From: the human T2T-CHM13v2.0 reference genome, Homo sapiens | Assembly (NCBI RefSeq): GCF_009914755.1 | Contig: NC_060935.1 | Length of the DNA stretch: 64,000 bases | Reading direction: 5' to 3' (one strand) | Shown: piece by piece, positions 15,139-28,474 of the stretch | Layout: each line of letters begins with the position of its first letter | Numbering within the stretch: position 1 is the first letter of the stretch | Notes under the pieces: model-generated | What the model was told of the DNA's origin: nothing | The model's input: the letters and a program-made list of their open reading frames with translations, nothing else | Databases searched by the model: none | Program-made: the position numbers and the translations under genes

Positions 15139-15332
15139 CTTATGTAACAAGTTACATAAGGGTCATCTTATTCCCCCAGTGTGCCCCCTGGGATTATGGT
15201 GTGGAGGCTAAGGTCAAAAGGAAATTATGTAAGCATAATCCTGGGAAATTGACAAACAAAGCAGTGACCAGTTCAAGGAGCAAACCAGCAGTATGTTACT
15301 GTGAATCTCCCAGACGCCAGGAACTTACATAA
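15139..15332. promoter_or_regulatory. Cluster of four D-box (TTATGTAA) motifs; candidate PAR-bZIP/NFIL3 enhancer
   Basis: CTTATGTAAC-aa-GTTACATAAG at 15139-15160, TTATGTAA at 15225-15232, TTACATAA at 15325-15332. Motif match only. Confidence 0.45.
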
Positions 15333-15752
15333 AACACAGATTGAGTACATTTGGTTGACAGCGGGGAAGGGACTTGTCAAAATATTTTTTAAATGGTATA
15401 TCAATATGCCAAACTATCTGAATAGAGGCTGGAACTGCATTAGAGCAGCCTCTGGAAGGTTCAGGTTCGCCCCGAAGTGCTACATATTAACCTCTTAATT
15501 GTTGCCTCCTAGGGAGGTCCCAGGCCGGAGAGGTAGAGGGGAGAAGTGGGGGTAACGAGACTTAAGATCGAGGAAAGTGAACTTGGGTTGGGGCACCTTA
15601 CCAACAAGTATTTAAGTATTTACTACCTACCAATACTAATAAATGAAGGCATATTTTAACTACCAGCTGCATAGCAACCCTGGAGAAGAAGCATTTCTGA
15701 AATAGTTGTATTCACGAAAATGTTTAAAACCCTATTAAAAACCTAATAAGGT

Positions 15753-15799
15753 GTGTGATGTTCCGCTTCCTAAAGTATAATTTAAAAATATTTTTTTAA
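15753..15799 (+). mobile_element. Ultra-short 5'-inverted L1PA insertion
   Basis: 16-bp TSD AAAAACCTAATAAGGT at 15737-15752 and 15800-15815. The insert is an antisense L1 3'UTR piece, then the sense terminus TAAAGTATAAT, then a degraded tail. Confidence 0.7.
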
Positions 15800-15829
15800 A
15801 AAAACCTAATAAGGTATAGAACATCACAA

Positions 15830-16450
15830 GCAACATGCAAAAAACACTCTCAACTACCTTAGCAATCAGGGCAGAGTAAGTGAAAACACCAATTTTTGCC
15901 ATCAAATTGACAAAACATCTTTAAAAAGTTGACAACATCTGTGATTGCCAAGGACAGGTAAATTTAACATGGGAGTCCAAACCGGTATTGGGTGTTGGGG
16001 GTAAGTTTGGTAGTTTCTATCAAAATTTAAGATATGTAATACCTTTTCACATCCCAAAATGTTTTTCTTAACATCTGTCTTGAGAAATGTGGATGTATGT
16101 TCACAAAGATGTCGATTCTTTGCAGAATTGTTTATAAAAGTAAAAAACTGAGTAATAACCTAAATGTCATCAATAGAGGAGTGCTTAATAAATTCTGATA
16201 TATTTTGATGCAATGAAAGTGTATGGACCTGTTAAAAAGAAGGATGCATTGCTATATGAACTGATATGGAAAAATATCTAAGATGTATTTAAGAAGTTGA
16301 AAATTGCATATGCATGTGTACATTTATAATGTTTGGAAAGAAATTCTGGAAAGAAAAGTTAAAAAATGATAGGCAAGGATTACCTCTGGGAATGGATGAG
16401 GGTTTTGCAGACAGGTGTGTAAATGGAGATTCTTATATATTTTTGTAGGG
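15830..16450 (+). mobile_element. Old L1M (L1ME-like) fragment
   Basis: Degenerate L1 ORF2 3'/UTR motifs ('tttggtagtttctatcaaaattt', 'aacctaaatgtcatcaatagagga'). Confidence 0.6.
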
Positions 16451-16929
16451 TTTTTGCTAGGCTTTTACGTTTAAAATAATGCATATAAATGTATCATGCT
16501 GTACAATTAAAACTACTTTTAAGAAATGGTGAATCAGCCATCTAAGATGTTTGGAAGAAGACAGCATTTGTTTTAACGAGAAAAATATTAACTTTTAAAA
16601 GATGAGTCTAAGAAGCTGTCATTTATAAAGGAAGTTATCGAGGATGTACTAAGCTCTGTGTGAAGATTTACCTCCAAGCTCACCCGATGCAGATACCGAC
16701 AAAAAGTAACTTTCTGCCCAAAATGAGTCTGAGGTTTATGCTTGAAAATCAAAGCAGTTTGTCTAGAAGAGACCAGAGTTTATTTCTCTCAGATGTAATG
16801 TACCTCTCAAATGAGTGTTTTTTTTGTTGTTGTTGTTGTTTGTTGTTTGTTTTTTTTTGCCTTGGTTCAAAAGGAGCCACAGCATAATAATTTCTAGTGG
16901 GGTAACTTTTGCTGCCTCATGTAAGATTA

Positions 16930-17122
<193 letters not shown>

Positions 17123-17409
17123 TAAGATTAGAGAAGAATGCAGCATCTCTTTTCTGAACTTTAACCCTACACATTCAGTAGCAGACACAATTATATCCCA
17201 TTCACACTCAAGTTCATGTGTCAGAAAATACTAGCCCCAAGTTGGTCTTGACCACCTATATTCAACTACTAGGACATCTTTTCCAGAATGGAACACTAAT
17301 GGTTCTAGAGTGGAACTGGAGTTTGCAAGTGGGACTTCTATCACTATCCTGCTCTGATACATCGTGAGGCTTCAGACAAGTCACAAAAACCACACTGGTG
17401 TGTCAGTAG

Positions 17410-17985
17410 TGAGACAGGAATAATACAGGGTGGTTGCAGGAGAATAGAAGCAGTTTCACAAAACTAGCAAAAAGGAAACTGTTGAATTAGCAGCATAGGC
17501 TAGGGGCTGATAAAAGACCCTGAAAAACAGGATGTGGGACAAGCTGGCTAGGACCGACTGGACCCAACATAGCACTGGATTTGACCTAGGTTTCACCTAG
17601 GACCTCATTATACACTCATTAACATACCAAATCACACACCCACCAGCACCATGACAGTTCCGAAACAACCATATTTGGTGTAAAAATGGGTGGCACCACA
17701 GTTCTGAGAAATCTTCACCTTTTTCCAGGAACCTTCATGAATATTCCACTCCTTGGTTAAAGAAACTCGTAAAGTTAGAAGCCGCAAACCCCACTGGGCA
17801 TGACTTTCTTGAGTACACACACACTCCCCTTTCTTGAGTGTATACTTTTCACTTGCAATAACTCTCCATACTTTCACTATTTTCCTGACTAGTCCTTGAA
17901 TTCCTTCTGGCTCTGGTGTCAAGAGCCTGGACACCAACCAGGATGGAGGTCCCCTGGGAATTTGGGGACCTACCCTAGCACATCA
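17410..17985 (+). mobile_element. MER41-family (MER41D-like) ERV1 solo LTR
   Basis: TG...CA ends; 4-bp TSD GTAG at 17406-17409 and 17986-17989; 'cccaccagcaccatgacagtt' and 'catgaatattccactccttg' are shared with recalled MER41 consensus. Confidence 0.8.
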
Positions 17986-18084
17986 GTAGCAGTAGTATTA
18001 GCATCCCCATTTTCAAATGGAGATAACCTATTATCTGTGCACCAGAATAATAATAATAATAATAGTATCTGTGCACCAGGATGT

Positions 18085-18158
18085 GCACAGACACACACAC
18101 AGAGGCACACACACACATTTTTACACAGACACACACAGGCGCACACACACACACACAG
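18085..18158. repeat. Interrupted (CA)n microsatellite
   Basis: Directly visible. Confidence 0.9.
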
Positions 18159-18394
18159 ATCTGGTGTATTCGAAAAACAGAAATTAATAATGATGCACAA
18201 GCATTGTGAAATCCCTTGAAAACTTCTGCCTAAACATCTATTACAATGTCAGGTGATCATTTCATAGCAGATGAAATGTCTGGAACCCAAGACACATGGC
18301 TGAGAAGTGGCCCCACTGAGAACTCAGATCCTTTTTTACCCATCATTAAAACTTTTTTTTTTTACAGGTGAGACCTAAGTATAATCAAAGTTAT

Positions 18395-18730
18395 TAATTT
18401 GTTCATGCATTTACCCATTCAACAGATATTTGCTGAGCATCTTCTCTGGGCTTGGCATTGTTCTATATGCTACAGATACAGCAGTGAATACCATAGAGGC
18501 TTACATACTGAAAGAGGGAGGTAATAACAAACAATGTCATATGGAATAAGCACTGTAAAGAACAATGAAGCAATGTACTGTTGAGCGGGATATTTAATAT
18601 AAGGTGGTCAGGAGGTGACATTTAACCAGTGACTTGAAGAAAGTTACAGTGACCATGTGGATCTTGGGGAAAAGTATTCTGAGAAGGAATAGCAAGTGCA
18701 AAGGCCTGAGGCAGGAGCAAGCTTGGTATA
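18395..18730 (-). mobile_element. L2 3' fragment
   Basis: 'cattcaacagatatttgctgagcatc..gcaagtgcaaaggcctgaggcagga'. Confidence 0.7.
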
Positions 18731-20360
18731 TGCTACAAATAGTAGCAAGCTCTCACTACACAGTGCACAGGTCAAATTCTGTGAGTGCATGCTTGATGGG
18801 ATTATGGAACTCTCCCCCTGAAAATGCACATACAGACAAACTTTCCTTACAATTTCAGACCCCAGAAGACCTTTACCCACAGCCCCTAGTTAAGATCCTT
18901 TGTTCTACTCCAACCAGTTGTTGCTTCTGACATGGCTCTGTGATTCCAAAAGGCTGAGTCCTGGCTGCCATCCCTCACATGGTGAAAGACAAAAAGAAGG
19001 CCAACCTCCCTCTTCAGACAATGTGCTTGTTCTGAATTTCAAAAAGAATGGGAGACCCTTCCTGCTTTCTCAGCTTCAAGGACTAGGAAACTATCTTCGA
19101 GCAATAAAAAGCACAATCTTCGGCCTGCTCACTCACCCTCTCTGTAACAGGAAGGGCTTCTGGAGCCCTGAGCACCTGGATTGGATCAAATTCCATCCAC
19201 TCTGATTTGGAAGTGAGCTAGAGGAGCTTTTAATCTCCAGAAGGTAGTAAGAGAATTGGACCAACCAATTAGGCTTAGCAGCTCTGATTCAAACAGTGAG
19301 CAAGTAACTGAGAAATATTTTTGGTTTGTCTCTAAGTGGAGTTTTGAATGCCCCAAGAGTAAAAAAAAAATAGTCCTTTTAAAAATAATAAACAAGCCGA
19401 TTTAAGCAGCATGCTGAACCCAAGCAATCCAGTCCATGATGCTTGGCCTGTTTCATGCCAGTATCACATATGCCGCCAAAGGACTTGCAGTGCTAAGACC
19501 ATCACACCTCATAACTCTTGCTAAATACCAGGGTTCCAATTACAGCTCCACTGTAAAACACTTCATAAAACGTGCAGACCTTGCTCCTGCTTTTGCAAAC
19601 CCAGCCTTGTCTTCCCTCCTTTCTCTCCTGGGTTCTGCAAATGGCCTTCCAGCTTTCAGAACCTTCTGCTGAGTTCTGAGGAAACTGAGGTCACTTGCCT
19701 GTGATTGCACTGTCTGAAGATCACATCCTCTTTGCAGAGGAAGTGCTGGGTGATTTCACTCCCTGTTCCCTGTGCAAGGCTCACTGGGCGCCAATAATTG
19801 CACCATTCAGAAAGGTCAGCACCGCCACTGTGAGCATCTGACTGTTGGGACTGGAGGGGGACCAGTGATGGGGACAGGCAGAAGACGGGGAGCTGAAGGT
19901 TACCTCCCCACACCAATCACACCATGAAATACCCACACAGCACCTGGGGCAGAGGTTACCAGAGTTAACTATAACCCCTTCACCAACCAGACTCTTTCCC
20001 TGTCTCTTAAAAAAAGGTAAAGAAATAGTTTTACAATATATTTTCCAGATGAGCTAAATAATATACATTTTGTCTACAGAAAAATACAATGATGAATATG
20101 AAAATCACCAGTAAATCCCACTGCCAGGAAAATCTAAGTAATAGCCAATGCTTGTACCAAGAATTATTTTAAATGTTTTATATTCATTTTAACTCATTTT
20201 CTTAGTTAAACCTCACAACCTCTCTATAAAGTTGACATTGTTTTAAGACCCATTTTGCAGGTGAGAACACCAAGTCACAGAGAAATTAAGTAACTTGCTC
20301 AAGGTCTCACAATCATTAAGCATAAGAGCTGCAACAATTAAAACGCAGACCCATGTTCTT

Positions 20361-20506
20361 TTTTTTTTTCTTTATACTTTAAGTTCTGGCATCCATGTGC
20401 AGAACGTGTAGGTCTGTTACATAGGTATGCATGTGCCATGGTGGTTTGCTGCACCCATCAACCCATCATCTACATTAGGTATTTCTCCTAATGCTATCCC
20501 TCCCCT
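20361..20506 (-). mobile_element. L1PA 3'-terminal fragment (~146 bp) inside a MIR
   Basis: 'ttatactttaagttctgg..gtgccatggtggtttgctgcacccatcaaccc'; 14-bp TSD AGACCCATGTTCTT at 20347-20360 and 20507-20520. Confidence 0.92.
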
Positions 20507-22044
20507 AGACCCATGTTCTTAATGCATCTTAGCCATGGCTGCTTTCCATTTGAGGCATCCATTTCCATCCCACCTCCTGCTGTTCTGGGGTCAAGCATAG
20601 AGCAGGGACTTCTTCCTCCCTTAGTCTCCATGGGCTACTCCTTCCCCTGCCAGCTCTGCAACCCTTTATGAGCCTCCCCAAGAATCACACACTCAAAAGA
20701 GCCACCAGCAAACCAGACAGGGAAAGAAGCTGCCTTTCACTCAACTCGGGATGTGCTGAGCATCTGGCATACCCAGGGGATTGAGGGGATACAGTGACTG
20801 GGACTCAGCTCTGGACCACAAGGCATTCGATCTAATGGCAGAGACATGACCTATAAACAAGAGTAACTAATGACAGAAATGTAAACAGACTCTAGGCTCT
20901 TTGAGGGCAGGTTCACGTCATATACGCCAGGGACTTAGAGGAGGCAGTCAATAACTGTTTGTTGAGTGACTCAAAGCGTAAGCTAGTAAGATCCTCTGCT
21001 CATGGCACTTATTATCCTCTGAAATCATAAAGAAGTCAGAAAGGGCTTTCTCAGTGAAATGACAGTGAAGCGGAGACTCATAGGATGGATATGACAGACA
21101 AAACAGAGAAGAGGGGCAGGGCAGGGGCATGTGCCAAGGCATGGGAGCAGGACTCCCCATGGGTACCCCACATCTTGGACACAGGATGGAAGAAGACCTC
21201 GTGCTCACAGCAGTAGTTCTGTAGGCAAGGAGCTGGGACTGGAAAGGGGACTGGAAAGATAAATAGGGTCAGATGGTGGAAGTGCTTCAGTGCCAAAGGG
21301 AGGAGTTTAGACTTTGGAAAAAGACATCTCTGAAGATACAGATTTGACAGTTAACTACTTTAAAAAGCTAGAAAAAGCTGAGGGAAGAAATTAGCTCTCC
21401 AACTGAGAAAACAGACAAGAAAAAAGAGTTTGGGAGGGATAAGAGTTTAACCTTGCAAAACAGCCACTTCTGAGGGGTATGAGGAGGAAGAGGAGTCCAC
21501 AAAAGTCAGACAGAAAGGAGCCATGAGAGCGAGAAGAAGTGCGAAGGAGCAATGGTCAGGGCTTCTGCAATAGCGGTGTTACTTTTGGACACTCCCATGA
21601 ATGGAGTCTCCTAGTCTGCTCTGGACAGACATGGTAATTCAATATACTTGCTGTTTTGAACCCCTGCTCCCCACTTCCAGTGGCATTTGGACCACTTTAA
21701 AGACCAGAAAAAGGATCACAAGCAGATTTCATCTCATGGGCAAAGTCCAAATCACTGATAGTGGCTGCTGGAGCAATGTTTTCAGAAGGATTCCAAGGCT
21801 GAATCTTCACTTAAATCCAGATTCAAAGTGAATGAGTTCTATGATTAATTAGCAGTATCTGCTGTGGACACAAAATTAAGAAGTGGACATATGCATGCCC
21901 GTATTTGCCTTCCTTGCTTTCAATAGTTTGCATTCATTTCATTTCTTAGAGATGAGCTTATTTAGAGCAGCAGTTGTATTTACCTCGGTGCCAGGCCCTG
22001 AGCCAAGCAGGCACTGGGAAAACAGAGATCATTGTGCTCAGCAA

Positions 22045-22172
22045 TTTTTTAAAATACAGATGAAGTCTTGCCATGTTGCCCAGGCTGGTCTCAAACTCCT
22101 GGCCTCAAGCAATCCTCCTGCCTTGGCCTCCAAAAGAGCTGAGTTTACAGGTGTGAGCCACCACACTCAGCC
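22045..22172 (-). mobile_element. FLAM-like Alu left monomer
   Basis: Reverse-complement left-arm consensus only. Confidence 0.85.
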
Positions 22173-22912
22173 ACAAATGTTTGTTAAATGAATACATTTG
22201 TTCCTAAGAAAAATGAGGACAAAGAAGCTGGTTGTTGTGAGCTTCAGGAATTCAGAAGTGGCAGAAGGGACCTCTTCCTCTGAAGCTAGCTTCCCATTTT
22301 GGCCTTGCCTGAGGCCAAGCTCCATGTGACAAGTCTGGGCGGCACCTGGGTTGAATTCAGGCCTTTCTTATTCATGGAAAGTGCCCAGCCCACAGACACT
22401 ATCCCCTCATTGCTCTGCAGGAGGAATTGTTACTAATGCAGCTAAAGGATTCTAGAATTCATAAGCAGAGCCTCCCCAGGAACAGGCCTGTCAACTGGTG
22501 CAATGGCCAAAGCAGTCCTGGGCCATCTGTTTTTAATAAGAGACATGTGGAATGCAAGAGCCAGAGGCATGCTTGGCTTGGCCTCCCCTGGAGTTGGTGA
22601 AAAAACTGTCTAAAATTGAAGCAGGCCAATGGACACACATTTCTAAGGGTCTCACCTCAATTATTTATTGATGAGCAAACCTAATAATTCCTCTTTGTTT
22701 CTCAACCCTCAATAGGGTGCTCGCATGTAGCAGATACTCTCAATAAATGAAGAAGAAATATTAAATTTAAAGAACTCCTGACATAGATGGGAGGAAAGCA
22801 AACAGGTGAGAAGTCATGTCCAAGAGGTAAACAATGCCCTAAGCAGAGGGGAGGAAGCACATGACCAACTGATGTAGGCACACATCAGCACTACTAGAAT
22901 TAAGAAGACAGA

Positions 22913-23364
<452 letters not shown>

Positions 23365-24234
23365 TCAGAGCAGGATGGGAATGGCAAGGTTCCAAAACAG
23401 GTGGACATAGAGGGAGGTGAATCTGGCAGCAGCAATGAACAAGACTGGAGGCAGGGATGTAGATGGGGGCACTGCGGGAGCCCGGGCAGGGGCGCGGGAA
23501 GCCTGCATTGAGGTGTGGACGATACAGATGAGATCAGGGTAAAAACCAGCGCCAAATCGAAAGGGAGAATCACAAAAGAATCAAAAATACAAAGGGAATC
23601 AAAGACCAACAGATCACAGAGAATAATAAATAAAAGATAATGACAGAGGAAGTGGTAATTTTCTATGAATCCTCGGAGGCATAGATTCTTTCTGTGCCCT
23701 AGAGACCAACAAACCTTGTCCAGCCAATGCCCAGGGCCTGCAAGCCAGGAATTCTGATGTGTACATCTTATGAACCCTGTGGTACTGTCTTCCTCATCTC
23801 AGACCCACTTCCTCTGCCTTTTACTCCCTTCCGTTAGTGAGAAAATAAAGAGAGAGAAGAGCTCTTCCCCTCCAGATTTTCAGTCCTTTCGCTGCAGCTA
23901 GCCACCCAGGTATCTGAGAAAGCTCTACTCTCTCCCATATCAAAGATAAGTATCTAATGAACTCAGGTATATAAGAAATCAGGTGCTTACTTCTCACAGG
24001 ACATCTGCATTTCAAAGGAATCCTAACCCAGATTCTTAGATTCCCAGTATGTCTCCAGGGTTTCCTATTAGCTGCATGCCTGGGAGGGGATTGAGCGGGG
24101 AACACACAGTCTTTGGGCTCAGGGGGCTTACAGTTTAGTAATTGAAAAGGCCATTCTTGTCTGTTTTGTACTTATGTTTTCCAGCAAGGAGTAGGAGTCC
24201 TATATGGTTAGAGACCTATGTTCGGGGTAGTTAC

Positions 24235-24430
24235 AAACACGGGCTCCGAGACAGAGAGACCTAGGTACCAATCCCAGCTCCACCACTTAACAGCTAAGAA
24301 ACTTTGGGTGAGTTTCTTCATGTCTCTGAGCCTCAGTTTTTCTCCTCCATGAAATGAAAGCACTGTATGAGATCACCCATACAAAGGGCGCAGTACTGTG
24401 GCACATGGTATATATTCAATACCTATCTGC
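24235..24430 (+). mobile_element. MIR
   Basis: 'aatcccagctccaccactta..tctctgagcctcagttt'. Confidence 0.75.
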
Positions 24431-25364
24431 TAAGATGTGCCAGGAAATGCCAGAGGCCCACTACTGGTTTTTAGAAAGTACAGACTAAAACTTAAACAAC
24501 AAGAAGACATCTCCCAGACCCTAGAGGCTGAGTGAGCTTCTGCCTTTAATTTTCTTTTTCCAATTACCTTTTTACAGATGAAGAAACCTAAGCACTTTCT
24601 CATTCTGTCTTGTTTTATCTTGTAGGATATGGGGGATAGAAGATGGTGTCAAAATTTATTGAGCATTTATATTAAGTCCAGCATGGAGCTAGGCATTGTC
24701 ACAGAGTTTGCCTCTTTTAATCCTTGCAACAACCCCAAAAGGTACAAATGTTTACCCCAGATTAGGGTGAGAAGGTAAAGAAGGGCTAAGGTTGTGAATC
24801 TTGCCCAAGGTCATATAACTAATAACATGCACAGCTGGGATTCAAACCCAGGTCTCTCCAGTCAACATATGCTGCTTCCTAGGTCCTGACTTGAGCCAGA
24901 CCTTAACCCCAGGTATCTGGGGATCCTTCCGTAAAGACACAGCAAGATAAGATTTTATCTCAGCTTTTAAATTTGGGACTCTAAAAAGCTTGGCTGATGC
25001 AACAAACCCTTTGATGATTTATTTAAATACTTATAGCTGCAGCTGCCCATCAAGCCTGATTAGGAAGATGCCTGGGCTGAGATTGGAGCTGCTTGTTGGT
25101 CTGAACCCAAATCTCCTACCAGGCACTGAAGTGTCCTCAATTCATGGTCTGGAAAATGAAATGGAAGGAGCCTTAAGATTTCATTCTTTTGACTCCCCTA
25201 AACTTTAAATACACCTTCTCTCTGAGAGAACATATTAATACTAAAAGCCACCAATATTTTTACTTCCTTTTAAAGATTATCTTAAAGAGTGAACCCATCT
25301 ACCCACTATCCTCATCCAATAGAATCAGCTGACCCAGTCCTTGTTGGAGAGATTAATAAAAATA

Positions 25365-25570
25365 ATATACTAATGATGGCTAACATTCATTGAGTACTTA
25401 CTCTGAGTCAGGTACTATCCTCCAATAACCCAGTGAAATACATAATACCATTAGTCCCACTTTATAAGTGAGAAAATTGAGGTTTAGAGGATTAGGTAGG
25501 CTAACCATGATCAGGCAACTGATTAGTGCCAGAGACAGAATCCAAGCCAGGAATGCTTTACTTACGAGCC
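25365..25570 (-). mobile_element. MIR
   Basis: 'gctaacattcattgagtacttac..gagaaaattgaggtttagag'. Confidence 0.7.
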
Positions 25571-25916
25571 CATGCTCTTCTCTCTGCATAATGCTCTCCC
25601 CAGTGAACTTCCCACTCCTTCTCTGCCTCCCAAAATGACCAGAACATCTCTGCTTTCCCAGACAGCATGTCAGTTTCTCCTGGGACCATGGATCCTGTCT
25701 GAAGAACACTCCAGACCAGAGCACTTTCCTACTGACATGGACGTGTGTTCTCCCAGATACTTCACCCCACTCAGCTCAGGCCCTAAGGAGGTTTATAAGC
25801 TAAAAACAGTCTGGTTTTCAAGTAATATTGAATGACCCCATCAGATACAGTATGATTGGGAGTATATTGTGTGTACATTTAAAAGGTAAGACAGAAAACT
25901 GCAGATATACTCTGAT

Positions 25917-26237
25917 TATTATTTTATTTTTTATTTTTATTTATTTATTTATTTTTTGAGACAGAGTCTTGCTCTGTTGCCCAGGCCAGAGTGCAGTGGC
26001 ACAATCTCGGCTCACTACAACCCTCTCCTCCCAGGCTCAAGCGATTCTCCTGCCTCAATCTCCTGAGTAGCTGGGACTACAGGTGCATGCCACTACGCCC
26101 TGTTAATTTTTGTATTTTTAGTAGAGACGGGGTTTCCCCATATTGGCCAGGCTGGTCTCAAACTCCTGACATCATGATCCACCCACCTCATTCTCCCAAA
26201 TTGGTGGGATTACAGGCGTGAGTCACCGCATCTGGCC
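25917..26237 (-). mobile_element. AluS
   Basis: Reverse-complement Alu with (TTTA)n tail. Confidence 0.93.
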
Positions 26238-28474
26238 CTGATCATAATTTTATAAAAATTGTACATTGCATCGAGAAAAAAGTGGACACAAAAGGTTCCT
26301 AGTGGCTATCTGTGAATGATAAGATGATGGATGGGTTTTTACTTCCTTATTGCTTCTTTCCTTTATGTTTCCAACTTTCTACAGCAAAAATGAAGCATTT
26401 TTATGATCAGAAACAAAGTTGCTAACTAAGCTGACTGACCAAAAAGGAAAAAAGTCCATATGACTCAGAGTAAAAACAAAGAACTACTTAATCTATAAGA
26501 AACTTTGTTGGCACATGTTCTGTCTTTTTGCTACTTACATACCATGCCCTGGTTATGAATCTCAAACTTCATCTAGTTCCACTTAGTTTTCCAGCCTGCT
26601 TCTGATGCTGAGTGAAGAATGTCAGTGTTGGGAGTGAATTACCTTAACACATCCACGGTCCCTTATCAGTCCAAGCCACAGCTTTCTGCAGAGGGAAGGT
26701 TTAATTACCAAAAGCTCTGTGACGCAGTTAGCACTATTTTTGGCTGGCAGGCAGGGCAGGTTAGCTCTTTATCCATCCCTGCCTTGGCTGAGCCCCAGAG
26801 TTCACAGACAGAGAGCATTTTCACCATCCCAGGGCCAAGCCCATCTTTCTAGAAGCCATTCCAATGCTGCCTCTTGAGAAAGCAGTAAGGCCCCAGTTCC
26901 CTTCTGCAAAGGAGTGGCACAATTTCTCCTCCTGATATTCTCACCCCTGTCTAGAATTGCAAGCTGTCTCAGGGCATGCTCACTGCACTGAGAGAGCTGC
27001 CCTTGTTTTGTAATACACCTTACTGGATACATTTCAGAGGGTTAGGTTGAGATGGTTGGCAGTGAGTTCATGCATGGCTAAACTGCACCATGCGAGAAAT
27101 CAATGGGAACTCAAGGGATTGGGAATTAAGGAGCTGGGGAGAAAAGAGGGGAGGTTTGAGCAGGAAGCAAGAGATCCTATCAATGTGGTGGGGAAGCATG
27201 TGCCTGGGCAGCAGAGATGGCCAATGAAAACTGTCCCAGCAGTGACAACCAGAGACCTCAATATAAAAGCAATGACAATAATAGCAATAATCATTTCAAG
27301 ACCGACTTTGAATTTTGATATCTTATGTCCTTGCTTCTAAGATAGGCTTTTTTTTTAAGATTTAACATTTCTGAAATTGGGATGCATATTATAGTCAATA
27401 TCAACATTTATCTACTATAGTATGTCTCTTTTTACTTGAAAAACTATTATTACATTGTGAGTGCAATTTACAACTAAGGGTGACTTAGAATGGAGTGAAT
27501 GTGGCTGTTTAGAAACCTTCTGATAGAGACAGATGGGGTTGGGATGACATTCTCCTTTTCTTGTCTCTTTGCTCTTAAGGTTTCCACTCCCCTAACCGTT
27601 CATACAAATGCACAGAAGCAATGCCTCAGCTTCTCTTCTTCACCTAGCAGACTCCTGCTCATCCTTCCAATCTTGAATCAAATGTTGCTTCCTCCAGGAA
27701 GCTTCCCTGACCTAACTGAAAAAGTCTAACTCCCCTGTTGATCTGTGTGATTGATGGATGTGCATCATCCCCCACTAGACTGTACCCTTCTTGAGAACAG
27801 AATTGGAACTTGTTTCCTCACTGCTAAATCACCTATTAAGAGCACAATAGGGTTTCCAATAAATTTTAGCTACATTAAAATATGTGAGTCTCTAATAGAG
27901 AGCTCGAAGACAAATGATTAATTCCCACCTCAGATGATCAAAATTTCTTTCAATGATCCTTGGCAAATATCCCTAATAGCAAGGGTGGACATGAGCTAGA
28001 CCTTCAGAAAAGAAGAAAGTCTTGTCACCTTTCTACCGTCAACAGACCATGTTGATATTTAATTAATTGCATGTTAAATAGTATTTAGGCATTTATTATT
28101 ATTGTGCTTTTGCCCCGCTGGCTCCCAGTGACTCCTTACTCCTATTTCAATTACAGGCCAAAGCCTCCCTTGAAAGGATGTTAAGTGAATAAAGAGTATG
28201 ATCATAGGACTTAGTGCAATATTAATATACATTTAAACTTTAAGGAGGGAGGATTTCAACAGACAGCACTGTTAGAATGGTACCACTGGTTAAAAATCCT
28301 ATAATCCTGGCAACTACTGAGAAAAGTTTCATGCCTAGAAGAGTCCCTAGAAACCCTTGGGTCTGATCGTTATACAGATAGAAGACCAAAACACAAATCT
28401 ATTACCAAATGGCAAAGGTATCCTATTAGTGGCATACTGGGACAAGAGGCCTTCTGATATAAAAAGAAAGTCTT

